Below are positions 33,652 to 46,066 of a stretch of DNA of 64,000 bases, in pieces; position 1 is the stretch's first letter; every line of letters starts with the position of its first letter. The position numbers and the translations under genes are program-made. This DNA is from Curvularia clavata (lineage: Eukaryota), in contig CP089277.1 of assembly GCA_023920165.1 (NCBI GenBank), positions 1,984,001 to 2,048,000 on the forward strand, given 5' to 3'. Under the pieces are notes generated by a model that searched no databases, was not told where the DNA came from, and was given only the letters and a program-made list of their open reading frames with translations.

Positions 33652-36021
33652 TCATATCATGCTCGCTATCGAGTTTAATGCCACTGTGGTCGTTCGTATT
33701 CCGACAAGCTCCGGCTCACTTACCTGGTGTGCCAGGCTGGGCGAGTACTGGTGATTGGGGAAACTCTGTAGACTTTGTAGTGGGGTTGTGAACATGCCCA
33801 CGACAGGCTCTTGCCTGGTAGTTTGATCCATGTGATTTTGGTTGACAGACGACAACGTGGGCGTGCGAAGCGATTGCATTGTTGGGGTTGCTGAGGAAGG
33901 TGTAGGGTACGCAGTACTGCTTGGATGGCATGCACTGTTGGGCCGGGGGGTTGATGTGGGCGTAGATGTTGGCAAAGACCTATTGGATGGCCCGCTCGAC
34001 ACACCAAACGACTGTAGTGAAGAGCTGCCTGGTATGGGCGTCGGAGTGGAATGGCGATGAGAAGCTGTGTCCGCTTGCAATGTGTCATGCTTGACTAGGT
34101 ACGGAGACGATGTAGCAGAGGCTGATGACGCCGCGCGGACTCGTCCAGCTTGTGTTTCTCGGCGACGCTTAGGGCCATCTTTAACTTTCGGATGTGTATG
34201 ACACTGTGTTCCAGGTTAGGGTGATCTGGTTTGCAGAACGAACAACTGGTCTGGTCAGGTGAACCAGAACCGCAAACAACTTACCTTGTACGCGTGTCGA
34301 AACCATGTCGTTCCTTTCTTCTTGTTGCTTACCAACGCTATCCATTCACCGCAACTTCCACAGAGTCCTTCCCAAACGTCAAGGTTGCCTTCGGTCCGGC
34401 GAGTCTCTTGTGGGCCCTGAAACGCGGCACCTGTAGCTGCGCTAACGCCGTGTGTGAAGGACTTGTCGTACCAGAACGCACTGTTCTTGAGCACTAGCCA
34501 GCGTCCAGGCTTGCAAAGTCCGCACCAGCCTTCACGTTTGTTTCCATGTCCGCGTACCCATCGCGGAGTGTAAAGATCGCCCACAAACCGAAGATCCTGT
34601 TCGTGTGGGACAAGATCTGGGTCTGATGGGTTCATGTCTGACTCGGGTGGGTTCGAAGCTTCCTCATGTAGAGATGAATATAGATCCGGGGGGTCCGAGA
34701 GATCAGCAAAGTGGGATGAGCAGCCTCCATGACGGTCAGCATTGCTCTGGAGCAGACGGAAAAGGCCCTGCGAAGGTAGTGGTCGAGGGACTTCCAGATG
34801 GTAAGGGGACTGATCCTGAGCCGGAAAGAATGGGGGCGTGTTCGCATGCGGGGTGTTTGCCTGTGAGTATAGGACGTTTTGTGGAGTCATGCCGTAATTG
34901 TTGTACGCGCCAGAAGGGTACACTGGCATGGAATGATGTGGATTCAACCTTGGACCGTAGGGCGTGAACTGACTGGGTACTTGGGATACGCTGCGCGAAT
35001 TGGTAGGGGTTGAAGTTGGCGCATGTCCAGTAGACCACCTCTTAAAACGGCTGCTGTCAAGCGTATAGGGTGACGATCGGACGTTGTTGTGCGGCGTTGG
35101 GGAAGCACGCGAGCGACTCCCACTCCGTACAACGCCGTCATACTGAGGACGACAGGGCGATGCCAAAGGCGATAGGAGGTGGCTCTGGCTTGGCTCTGGG
35201 CGGCTCCATGTGTCATACTCGGATGCATACGAAACCGGCTCCGAAGTGCTCAACTCCTCATAAGCTACTGGCTCTGGTAGCACACCACCCGTGCTCGACA
35301 TTGAAAAAGAAGATTCGGATAAGCGCCGCGAAGCGTTCGGGTTCAGGTTTCCCACATTCTCGTGCTCTTGCTGAGGCATACCATTGTACTGGCGCAGGTC
35401 AATAATGGGAGTGTTCTCGTCATGCCCCATTATGCCATGACTGAAGTCGGCGACATCCGAATCCAGGGAGGGGAATGATTCCAGCTCCTCACACACTTTC
35501 TGTCCCCATGGGCCTATACGGCTGTTAACACTACGACCTTGGTTGTTCAATCGTAAATCTTACTTGTATCAATGACACCGGGAAAGAAATTGGTGCTTGC
35601 GAGTGACGTAGGTGGAGCCATGCTGTTACTGTAGTAGTCGCTATTGGTGACAGACGGTTGGGTTGAGTTCACATCTGTCGGTACTAGTGGGTTCGCCGAG
35701 TCTTGTCTGTTGATTACAGCAGGACCTCGCTGCGCGCCATAATATGACGGGTGGGACTGTGGTACGGCCCACGACGGTTGTGGCGGTGAGGGCCGAGACA
35801 TTTGCAGTATATTCTGTGACTGTTGCTGTTGCTGTCCTTGTTGGGGAAGACCACCGTAAGAGTACATCATCTGTGTTCCGGGCGTGGGAGAGGGATGACC
35901 CATCGCAAATTGTCTGTTAGGCGATGGCCGGTATCTAAGGAGTGGGTCAGTCTGTTCGGAAATGCATCATCAGTTGAGTAGTATGGGGCTGAACTTACTG
36001 CTGGACGGTGTTGAAGTCCAT
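33652..36021 (-). CDS. DUF4451/Rua1-type putative transcription regulator, multi-exon
   Basis: ATG 36021, introns ~35998-35914, 35563-35514 and ~34284-34205. Domain EQDLRFVGDLYTPRWVRGHGNKREGWCGLC..WYDKSFTHGVS..CGSC..WFRHAYKCH. The 3' end may be alternatively spliced (strong donor near 33723). Confidence 0.8.
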
Positions 36022-39000
36022 CACCAAACCTGACTGCTATGTACAATCGACTTAGTGAGATCCGATGATACTCTGCCGGACAAGATGGTAAGTAAATGAT
36101 CAAATAGTGTTCGACTTTTACCAGGAGTGGAGTGTTGTTGAGAGGCGTGCCATGGAGTGTCTGCCGAGGAACCCGGGGGGTATATGCAGGACACGGGGCA
36201 CTTACGTTAGTAGCGAGAGTAGAAATGACTAGTCAAATGAACGTGTAAAGTGACAGTTCAGCGCGATTCTGATTGAGCGGCCACGGAATAGAGTAAGATT
36301 TTGGGGTTTCTTAAAAGAGTGTACGAGAACAAAAGTTCCCAACGCAACCAGCGCGGATGGAGCCCGCTCCAAAGAAAGAAAATGTTTACAAAGATAGTTG
36401 GGTAGGGTCCTAAAGAGTGAAGGGCCAAATAGAAGGAAAGACGGTTGGAGGGGTTGTTAGGCTATATGATACGTACGGATTAGCAACATCCGAGAGGAAC
36501 AACAAACAGTGACGATGTCTGCAATGGACGCAACGGGACCAGCGTCGGTTCAGGTTTGAGGGAAGTGTCGCGACGCGCCTTGGCTGCAGGTGATCTGGAA
36601 CGAACAGAGCAGAAGCGTTCACCCAAAAGAGAGTCTGGCGGGGATAGTTGTAGTGGGCGGTGGACCGCGCGCAAGGCTGCTGGGATCCCAAACGGCGATT
36701 AGACGCATCCGGAACGGTCGCACCAGTCACTGTCTCCATCCTCCTTGCGGCTTACTCGGAGAGGCTCCTCGGCTGAGGGCGACAAGCGCCCCATGTCGCT
36801 ATGGCAAAGGCGTCCACATGGATGGCGCACTGCTAACAGCCATCAGACAGGCTCTAACAGGGGCATTCTTGCGAAGCATGCTCAGCTGGGCGGGCAATCC
36901 ATCACTTTGTGCGGCTGGAATTCAGGTTTCAGCGATTGACTGAGATGGTGTAGGGCCACTGAAGAAGGATGGAGTAAGGGAAGACGGTGCTTGGGGAATA
37001 TGCAACTTTGTCGTGTAACAACACGATTGCTGTGGGTTAGCAACCAGTTTCATCGCATCAGAAAGGCTGTGCTGAATTGGGTGGAGGGCCATCCCGAGGG
37101 AGGGCGGACCACTGAGTTGGGGATGAGGTTGGCTCTGTCGCCTGTGGCGCGTAGTTTTGGCGAGGGAGGCGGATGAGGTCAGCGACCAATTCCATCTAGC
37201 CCCACGACTTTTACCGTGTCGCGACGACTGCGAAACACTCCTGACACACTTCCAGGGGCACCTGCGACCCACTCCAACCGCAGCATCTACCGCACCATAA
37301 CCACCACCCTCACCTGTTCTCGTATTGATTCGCCGAAAGGAATGCCCCGTTGTGCCGTGTAGAGGAGCGGTGGCCGAATACCCATCCGCACTCGACGCCC
37401 TCTGTTTAATACCCCTCCCGAGCGGACCTCGTCGCCGCCGAACAATAAAATCCCCATTTGCGACTTACTCAGTCCAGTCAGTCCGCTAAGCCATCATGAT
37501 TGTGCAAAGGATGCATAGCAGCCGTCCGCCAAATGTCCCCATTGTGACCTCATTGCTGGGCAAGCCGTGACAGCTGTTACGCCTGCTATCGAGTCATGTT
37601 GACAAGTGACAGCGGCCGATCACCGAATTGGAATTGCTTCTAACTAGCATGGAGTGGATAGTGGCGCGATGTCTGCATGTCTTTCCCTAGTATTATCCGG
37701 GGCTTGGGCGCATACACACTGACTACATGTGAGCCTAGCCATCACGGGGTAGCCGAGTGGATTGCAGCATCTCTCCAGGCGCCCATACGTCTTTCGCCGA
37801 GCCTGGGCTTGCCATGGGGCACATGAGCCTCGCAGACGCCCTAATTTGATCTTGATGCCGAAGTGCCTGAGAGCATGAACAGGATCTCGTGTAGAACGGG
37901 CCAAGTCAGAGGATGTGCTACAAGGTGCAGCCTGCATGTTATCAGTGCCAATGCCTGGAGGAATCAGATACGCCTTGACCGCTGATATGCTTCGTCGGAA
38001 GATGCTCAAAGTAATCAACCCTGAATTGACCTCCTTAGTCCCCACCCTTCCTGATTTCAGTGAATTGTTACTATTCATGGGCGCAAATCATAGTCTGCAT
38101 AGACATTGCATCAGACCCATTTTGTGCAAAGTGGACATATGGTTCTGCAAATGGTTCGATTGTCTTTTATTGCTTGTGTTTCTCACTGTGCTGCCTTCCT
38201 AACCAAGTCAGATATTTCCAACACGAAAGGAATGTTGTTTTGGGAGTATAATCTGACGACCTGCCAAGATTCCCGAACACGAATGGCACATCGAATTGTA
38301 ACAAAATAGGCCCATACAGACCCTTTCTCGGTTTTGAACAGGTATATTGGTTGAGACTGCAGTGGGCGACGAAGTCGTGTTACGCGTACACCTACACGCC
38401 CGTCTGTTTATTCTACACAGGCAAGCCATGCGCTCCCTGAACACCTTTGGAGCACCAAATCCACAAGTCACGCATACCGAGTCTCCGAGACGATACCGAT
38501 CAATGCACTGATCAAGATGCGGGCATCGTGAGAAACACGCTTCCCGCACTATATGCATCACAGCAACACGTTAAGATCTCCACCAGATCCAATCAGATCA
38601 ATGCGCTTCACAAACAGGATATGCCGCATTCGGTCAGAAAACACGTGCGAGCCCTGTTAAAAGAGCCACAATTAGTAAAAAAGAAAAAAGGTATTTTGTA
38701 GCCGACAGACTGACACCTGGAGGCTTAGTGCCAACCCGCTATCAATATGTGAGATGTCATCTGTTTGCAGCATTGCCCCGATGCGATCAGTGCTCTGGGA
38801 CTGTCTATGTTTGACGTAATTGCTGGGTTTAGACAGGCTACTGCCGATACAATACCAACGTAAACAACGCGGGGCCGACTGTGTACCAAGTGTTTATATT
38901 AGTTAGGGTGTTTGCCGAGATTCGTCAAGTAACACAAGCGTCAAGTATGTAAGACGACAAGACTTTGATATTTATTGTGGATCCTGTCTGTTCGATCGTG

Positions 39001-39252
39001 GAAGCAATGGGCCTTTTGCACTGAGAAGGGAAAGAAAAATGTCAAGTGTGGATATACATTTCATTCATAGTAAAGTAGTTTCGTATGGTATACTAAGCAA
39101 CTGTCAAGCTAACATAAGGACAGTAACAGACAGGTCTCAAGCCTGTATATATAAAAACCGGTATAACTCCAACAGCCTTGAACTCCAGTTCAAATAGGCT
39201 TCGAGGGCCCATCTTTTCATGATATGAGCAACCTCATGATCATCGTTACCTC

Positions 39253-40992
39253 TTACAGCTTTCCGATTTTGATTTCACAGCCTCCGCTCGTAGTGTCGAA
39301 GCTCAGGGTACTAGCACCATTGCCCTTCTTGGCCTCAACATGGTTCTTGCCGGGGGTGTCGTTCTCGTTTAGGAGCTCCAACTCTTTGCCCTGAAGGTGC
39401 AGTGCTCCGCTCAGAGATGTTCCGTCAATATGGCCGGTCCACTCTTCCGGATATGTGACGTCGAGCCCACCGGATGTGCTCTTATGTGTGCTGACAAGCC
39501 CAGTCATCGGGACTTTCTTCGCTTTGTATGGCGCGCGAAGTGTAAGTGATGTCTGGCCGGAGTGTGTCTGTGTGTAGATTTCCGACTGGTAGTCACCAGA
39601 CTTGAAAGGTAGAATGTCTGCGGTTACGAGACCCGCGATAGAGTTCATTTCTGTTCGCGAGCCGTGAATAAAGGTTCCGTCTACTGAACCGACGGTTGTG
39701 TTGATGAACGTCTGATAGTCTCGCTCGGGAATGCGCTTGCGGTTAAAGTCGGTCCGGATGCTACCGGATAGGGAGTCAACCATGAAGACTGCAGGGTTAG
39801 ATGACCCCTGAGCAGCCTCCTGGGGGTCAACATTGATGTTCACCGAGCCACTCTTCGTTGTAACAGAAAGAAGATCGAGAAGGGCAAACTTGCCGCTGAT
39901 GGAGCCAGAGATAGTTTGTAGATGGGTTTGGCGGGAGTAGAGCGCCCCAGAATCCAAAGTGCCAGTGGTAAGAGAGATTTTGGTTGAATCAGTGACAGTG
40001 AAGTTGGCGCCGCTATGAATCTGCATGCCCATGTGGGTGGACGCGATATTCAGTGTCTTTATCGAAGCACCTGGTGCTACGTAGATTACCACTGACATAC
40101 CGAGGCATGCTTTGCCAGCTCGAACGCCGTCAAAACCGTCTGGAAATGAAGGGTCGCCAATGGTCAACCCGGATGGAGTCTGCGCGTACTTGATGCTGTT
40201 GACATCGACAGTCGACGAGACTGCATAGGACATCTTGACCTGAACAGTACCGGGAGCTTGTTCAGCAGGTGCTTCAGCAATATGTATCCAACCCGCCACG
40301 CGCTTGTAAGAACCATCCAGCTGGTGTATCGCCTCTTGAATGTTGAGTTCATCAGGCTTACCAAAGTCGTACCATTCGGTCTTAACACTGTACTCCTTGC
40401 CACATTTTGATGGCCAACGGATTGGGAAAACCGGCGCGGAGGGTTGCGCTGCTGCTGCTTGTCCTGGCCATGGGATGGCAATGAGGTCTGGTCGATCAGA
40501 GTCGGCTTGGGCTGATTGAGCCGAAGTTTCAGGAGCAGTCACTGGAGTCTTTGAAAAGTCAGTATTATTCACGCGGCACCGATTCTGTTCAAAGCAACTG
40601 ACCTTCTTATCCGTTCGCACTGACACTGCTGCTGCCATCAAGGCTAGCATTGTAACAACAAAAACAAAAGAAAAGATTGCTACGAGTAATTTGACCCATG
40701 ACTTCCTCATGCAACGTTGCCTCAGGCTTCGTTTCTCATACTGATCCTCTTTGAATGTGGCCTCCCTAGCTTCGCGGCCATCAAAGGAGAGTAGTCTTGC
40801 GCCCTCCCCTGTGCTCTGCCGACTCGAATAAAGGCCAGGGGTGGTGGCCTCGAGGTAGGTGGGCGGTGCTTCTGACCTTTGGCCGATAAAGTTCTCCAGG
40901 AGCGGCGTCGAACGTTCATTGTATGGCGACGGCGAAATTATAATTTGAGGTCGTAATGACCGGCTGTTGGCAGCTACCGTATCGATATACAT
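39253..40992 (-). CDS. type II membrane protein with adhesin-like (DUF4097-type) beta-repeat ectodomain
   Basis: PPTY motif, one TM helix, then repeated T.SGSI/SGSV/SGGL units. Probable in-frame intron near 40550-40602. Confidence 0.65.
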   Translation of the reverse strand: MYIDTVAANSRSLRPQIIISPSPYNERSTPLLENFIGQRSEAPPTYLEATTPGLYSSRQSTGEGARLLSFDGREAREATFKEDQYEKRSLRQRCMRKSWVKLLVAIFSFVFVVTMLALMAAAVSVRTDKKVSCFEQNRCRVNNTDFSKTPVTAPETSAQSAQADSDRPDLIAIPWPGQAAAAQPSAPVFPIRWPSKCGKEYSVKTEWYDFGKPDELNIQEAIHQLDGSYKRVAGWIHIAEAPAEQAPGTVQVKMSYAVSSTVDVNSIKYAQTPSGLTIGDPSFPDGFDGVRAGKACLGMSVVIYVAPGASIKTLNIASTHMGMQIHSGANFTVTDSTKISLTTGTLDSGALYSRQTHLQTISGSISGKFALLDLLSVTTKSGSVNINVDPQEAAQGSSNPAVFMVDSLSGSIRTDFNRKRIPERDYQTFINTTVGSVDGTFIHGSRTEMNSIAGLVTADILPFKSGDYQSEIYTQTHSGQTSLTLRAPYKAKKVPMTGLVSTHKSTSGGLDVTYPEEWTGHIDGTSLSGALHLQGKELELLNENDTPGKNHVEAKKGNGASTLSFDTTSGGCEIKIGKL

Positions 40993-41642
40993 GACTCGGG
41001 CTCGAGTAGGTTTTGCCCCAAGCTCAAAAGTGAAGGAATTGTAATGAACTGAATAAGTAAAGAGTGTGGCAGGCGAAAGCTTGATTCAACGCAAAGGGTA
41101 TCGGGAAATGTACACAGAGGGAAAAGGAGAGCAAAAAAAGATGTACAGGTCAAGGAGACGAGGCCAGGCAGCGACTCCAAAGTATATCAAGTCCGGCCCT
41201 AGGCATCAAAAACAGCCACCTGCCGTTGCAAGGGCTGGGTCGCCCGATGGGCTGCTACACTTTTGTTTCGGTGGTGGAAACACTGCATGTTTGATATAGG
41301 GCTTGGCAGACAGAGGGTGTATAGAAGCGAGGACCGAGGTAGCGCGACACACGAGCGGATAACTTTTGGACCAGAGGGTTGTTTTTTATCCAACAAGTTT
41401 TAACACAAGGGTTGAATTGCGAGCTATAGGCTGTCGAGCGATCGAGGCGCTGAGAGAAGTGTACGCGTGTTGGCGCTGCACTGTAGAGTTGTATTAAGCG
41501 TGGGAACTGATGTTGAAGTCCAGGCGCACTATCGCCCAGGGGCTAGGGAGCCCGTGCCCGTCGCCTTAGCGCGGTTGACAGATGCTTGGCAATTGACGTA
41601 GCGAACGGTGGTGCATCAGGTTCCCGACGACTCAACCTCGAC

Positions 41643-44488
41643 ATGGCCGCGCTCCAGAAGTTGTCCAAACTCTCAGGCCCGCACTGCGTCCTCCTGGCCG
41701 TGCATTATGCGACTCAGGCGAACGTCCCCGCCCTGCAGGCACTGACAGCGCTGCGGGATGGCGACCTGCCACTGGAGCTTAGCCTGAGCATCCTGCTCAA
41801 CTACCTGCCAGAGGAATATGACCCGGCCTCATACTACGGCTATCTCGCAGGTTTGGCCACAGGCTCCCTCTCTCCTGGCGAGAATCCTGCCGATATTCTG
41901 GATTTGGCACCCGTCGAGCAGCTCTCAGATGCACGTGCAAAGAAGAGGAGGCACACGTTGGCGTTACGACCCATAATTCATCCCCTCTATGCGGCTGACA
42001 GTGACATCGACCTGTTCACCCACTTCCTGATCCACCGCTCCCATCGCATCGATTCTCAGACGGGCTTGTTGGATCTTGTTCCTCAGCTAGTCGTGCCTTT
42101 CCTCGACCACTCCGAACACCTGCGCACATGGTTCATATCCACTGCCCTGCCCCTCCTGCGCCTTAGTTACGAGTACTATCCTCAACTCCCCGCACCCACG
42201 CTCGACGAATTCGCGGCACTGAGAGGGAAACACGCTATACAATCGCAGCTCTCAGGTGCCTTGAGTACCAGTAAAGACAACATACACAACGTCGCGCGCG
42301 ATCTCAAGGGCGTTGTCGCTCCATGGCTATGCGGAGCTCACGACCGGAAGCAGCGGAGCCTCATGATACAAGACCGAAGAGGGTCCATTGGCGAAGAGGG
42401 AGCACGCACGCATGATGACTGGGATTGCCTCTTCCAATGGCTGCTGCACACATCCAAGGATCACTTGGCCCTGGTGACAACAGCCATTTCTGAGTGGGAT
42501 GGACCCGAAGACATGGATTTAGGTGGTTATGAAGAAGGCCGAGACTATGTCGATGATGCTCAGCAACGTCAACTCGAAATCAAGTATGCGCGCGCAGCTC
42601 TTGCGTGTCTCTACCTGGTTGACCAGAGTGACGTTGGCTCCCTGCAAACTGCACATGCGCTTTTAGGCCGGATATATACACTTCTCAATTATGATCCACC
42701 ACCAGATCTTAATACAAGCGTGGAAAAGCTACCTTCTTACGATCTCAAAATCCCTCTGTTGCACGATTCAACGACTGCGCTCTTGAGAGAAGAGCGCCTT
42801 CTCCATCCTGATAATGCCCTTACGCAGCCGGGGCCTGATGCCTTCCGCGTTCTGCAACTCATCATTTTCACTTCATATACCCTTTCTACTTTACATCACC
42901 CTGTGTCTGTCCGAGAGATTGCAAACATGTGTCTGCGAGACGACTACTCCGAGCAATTGTCTATGGTCCAGAAGATACTCCACACGCTCAACAGCGGCTC
43001 CAAGGGTGACAGCGAGCAATGGCGTATTATCCGATCAAAACTGGTGTGGTTATGGAACTGGGGCACCGATCGCCACGACGAGGACCGTAAAGCCCAAGGT
43101 ATCTTCGGTATGCTAGATAGCAGTACGCTGGAAACAGAGATATTGAAAGCGCTTCTCGAGAGCAACCACTTTCATCTCGCAATAGAAATCTACATCAAGC
43201 CGTCATTTGGCCAGCAACCGCTACTTTCTTCCGATGTAGAGAAGGTTGTGCTCGCCGCAGCCATGCATTTCTACGACAATGCAAGCAACGGAAATCGCAA
43301 CAGGGGTGGTGTCAAACGCGCCGCTGATATCTTGGATGCCTTTGCGCCCCATTTCCCCAAATCTCCGCGCTTTCAACGTTTCCAAGCTCTGCTCTCGGCG
43401 ACGCACGCCATGTCCTTTTACTCACTTATCCTCCAACATGGTGTACCCTTCCAACCAGTCAACATCAGGGTCAGCTCAAATCCTTTGTCTTTAGTTAAGA
43501 AGCTGTTGTCGCAAAATGCCGGTAGTTACACGAAGCTGGACGATTTGGTGTCAATTGGACAGAATCTTGTCATTGCGATGCCGTCAACCATTATGGACGA
43601 GGAGGCATGGGAAGTTGAGCTTGATCCCAAAGAGGTTGAAGGGAAAAAGCTTGCTGCTGAAAGACGAGTGATTGGAATGGCGATCGAGGCTGCACTTGAC
43701 GAAGATGATTTCGAGACTGCATACTCATATGTGATGAACCGGCTAACACCAACTACACCATCGGGAACTGTCCCGGTGCCATTTCAATATTTCTCAACTG
43801 GGCCAGATGAGCCTGAGAACCATGAAGACGAAGCTGAGGACGTCGCTTGGAAGGCCGCTTTACATGCTGGGCGTTACAACTCACCATCTCTTTCCAATAG
43901 TTGGTCGCAAGCTAGCAATACCGCGAGACCAGACCTCCGAAGACTCGAACAACGCATGGAGTTGCTTTCTCAAGCGTTGTTGCTGGCTCCGCCTAAACAC
44001 CTTGAAGAAGTCCTTTGCGTATGGCAGCAATGTGAAGCCGAGACAATGCACCTGCTCGCTCAAGAAAACGAAGCAGAGGAGCGTTTCAACGACGCAGCAG
44101 ACAAGAAGCTTCCTGGTGCTTTTGATTTGGAGACGACCGCTGTTCAGCCCCGCCGTGAGGTTGGCAGAGGCGCAGTGGAAGAGGCGCCAATGGGTTTGTT
44201 TGACGTGGCACGTGGTGCAGCAGCAGCATTCTCCAAGACGGCGTTTCCTCTGCGTGGAGGTGCAGAAGCTGCATCGAGTTCAAAGTTCAATTCAAGCCGC
44301 GCCAGCCTTGACGGCAGTGAGACGGGTAGCATCGAAGGCCAAGAACGTGTTCGGAAGAGGGATATGGTTACCAATGCCGCGACGGGGGCTTTGGCCTCCG
44401 GCCTTGGATGGGTACTGGGTATGAGAATTGCTCTACTGGTTAATTTCAATGCTGACAACTCTCAGGTGCGAAGCCAGTTACTGAATGA
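41643..44488 (+). CDS. SEC39: Sec39 (Dsl1 tethering complex) protein
   Basis: Long helical ORF with FYDNASNGNRNRGGVK, ATHAMSFYSL..HGVPFQPVNIR and IEAALDEDDFETAY. Intron 44419-44465 gives the end LGWVLGAKPVTE*. Confidence 0.85.
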
Positions 44489-44954
44489 GGGTAGAATAAT
44501 AGTGCCCATATGGTGGAATGCACTCACTGTTGTTCATGAATCTACTTCACATGCCCATCGCCAAGAGACTAAGTCGAGGACTGTAGTGCTGGACACACGT
44601 ACTACATCTATGATGACATTCCCAAACGCCCTAGCGCCCGATGTTGGTAAACTTTCTGTGAAGCGACTGCTAAACTATAGCAAGTTGCAACCGAAAATGT
44701 ACAGAACTCTGTTTGAACATTCCATAGTTTCCCTTGCTCTCATCGCAACTGCCGTTTGCAGAACCTGTCCCAATTTTACATCTGTGGCGTACTTGCCTCT
44801 TTACATTCATCCCCGATGACTAAATCTCTCTCGCGTACCACCCACAACACATTAAATCCGGTGCTTTCTGCACTCTCTGCCTCCTCCCCTCAACCTTTCT
44901 TGCCTCTGTTCCCAAGCAACAAATCAACAAGCACACGCAACAACCAAGTCAAAA

Positions 44955-45376
44955 ATGTTCACCAAGCTCCTTCTCTTCCTCGGCCTTGCTGCCACTCTCA
45001 CTTCCGCGTTCGCCATCCCCACTGCCACCCTCAACACCAAACAAGTTTGGCTGCACCTGTTCCACGAAGACAACTGCAACAGCGCCCCGGCCTATATGCC
45101 CGTCACAGCCGACACGTGCTACGCCTTTGCTCCAGGTGTCAAGTCTCTCCGCGTCATTGGCCACGACGAGGGTGTCAAGTATAATGCGCGTAAGTTACGT
45201 CCATGGATGTTTGTAGAAGAATGGGGTGTGACAGAACTAACACGGAGGTAGTCAAGGTCTACTCAGCGGTGGACTGCGAGTCTGGTCCTGTCCTGCAGCC
45301 TATTATGACGGATGCGTGCTCGGCTGTTGTCGCATACAAGGGCATCAAGCTTTCTATCAATACGTCGCGTACCTAA
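44955..45376 (+). CDS. small secreted cysteine-containing protein (effector candidate), 2 exons
   Basis: Signal peptide MFTKLLLFLGLAATLTSAFA, intron 45190-45251, about 119 aa with 4 Cys. Confidence 0.8.
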
Positions 45377-46066
45377 TGGCGTTTCCCATGCGTCGATGAC
45401 ATTCGATGATAGAGCCAGGAATAAGAAAAATGAGGTATTAGGAGTGATTAAGAACTAGAGTCATAAAAGTGGAGTGTTGTATGTGTGGCTTTGAGAAGTT
45501 GAAAAGTAAATTTAGACTGGTGTGAGGATATATAGGTCTTACTCTCTTTCTCTCTGCCATAATACAGGGTAGACACAATACATCAATTCAGATTATTCAA
45601 TTCCTTCTCTTCACTCCCTCCCTCTCTCTGTCTCGCACACACATACATATTTTTACGCACAGTTTTTTCTTTAAAGAAGAAAGAAGTGATAGATGTGATG
45701 GTTCATTCTCTCATTCTATGAAATTTTCAACACATCGAAATCTCGTCTAGCCAGTTTGACTCCGTCAGTCATATTTACTGAGGCCCGTAACATTAGAAAG
45801 GTACATGTATTAACAGGAAAGAAAAAAACGCCACCGCTGATGCTCATGTAAAAGACATGTAGACAAAAAAGCTAGTCTGATACACAGGAAAGGGTATATC
45901 AACTCAAGAAAGATTCTTCTCAAGGACATGCGTAAGCTCTCTGTTTTTTTTTTGTTCCGTTTTTGTTTTGAAGCAACTTTTCCATCATTGCGTCCGTGTC
46001 CAGCACTTTTTATACTGATCAACACAGCTCTAGGACTCTCTTATTCACACACGCACGTCGGCTTCC

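Noticed and set aside
35514..35563. Apparent frameshift between ORFs 35547-35903 and 34255-35550
   Set aside because: Explained by a 50-nt GT-AG intron that restores the frame.
39253..39264. C-terminal GKL as a possible PTS1
   Set aside because: Weak variant on a predicted type II membrane protein whose C-terminus would be luminal.
44489..44819. C-terminal ~110 aa of the 1077-aa Sec39 ORF
   Set aside because: Arises from reading through intron 44419-44465. The spliced form stops at 44488.
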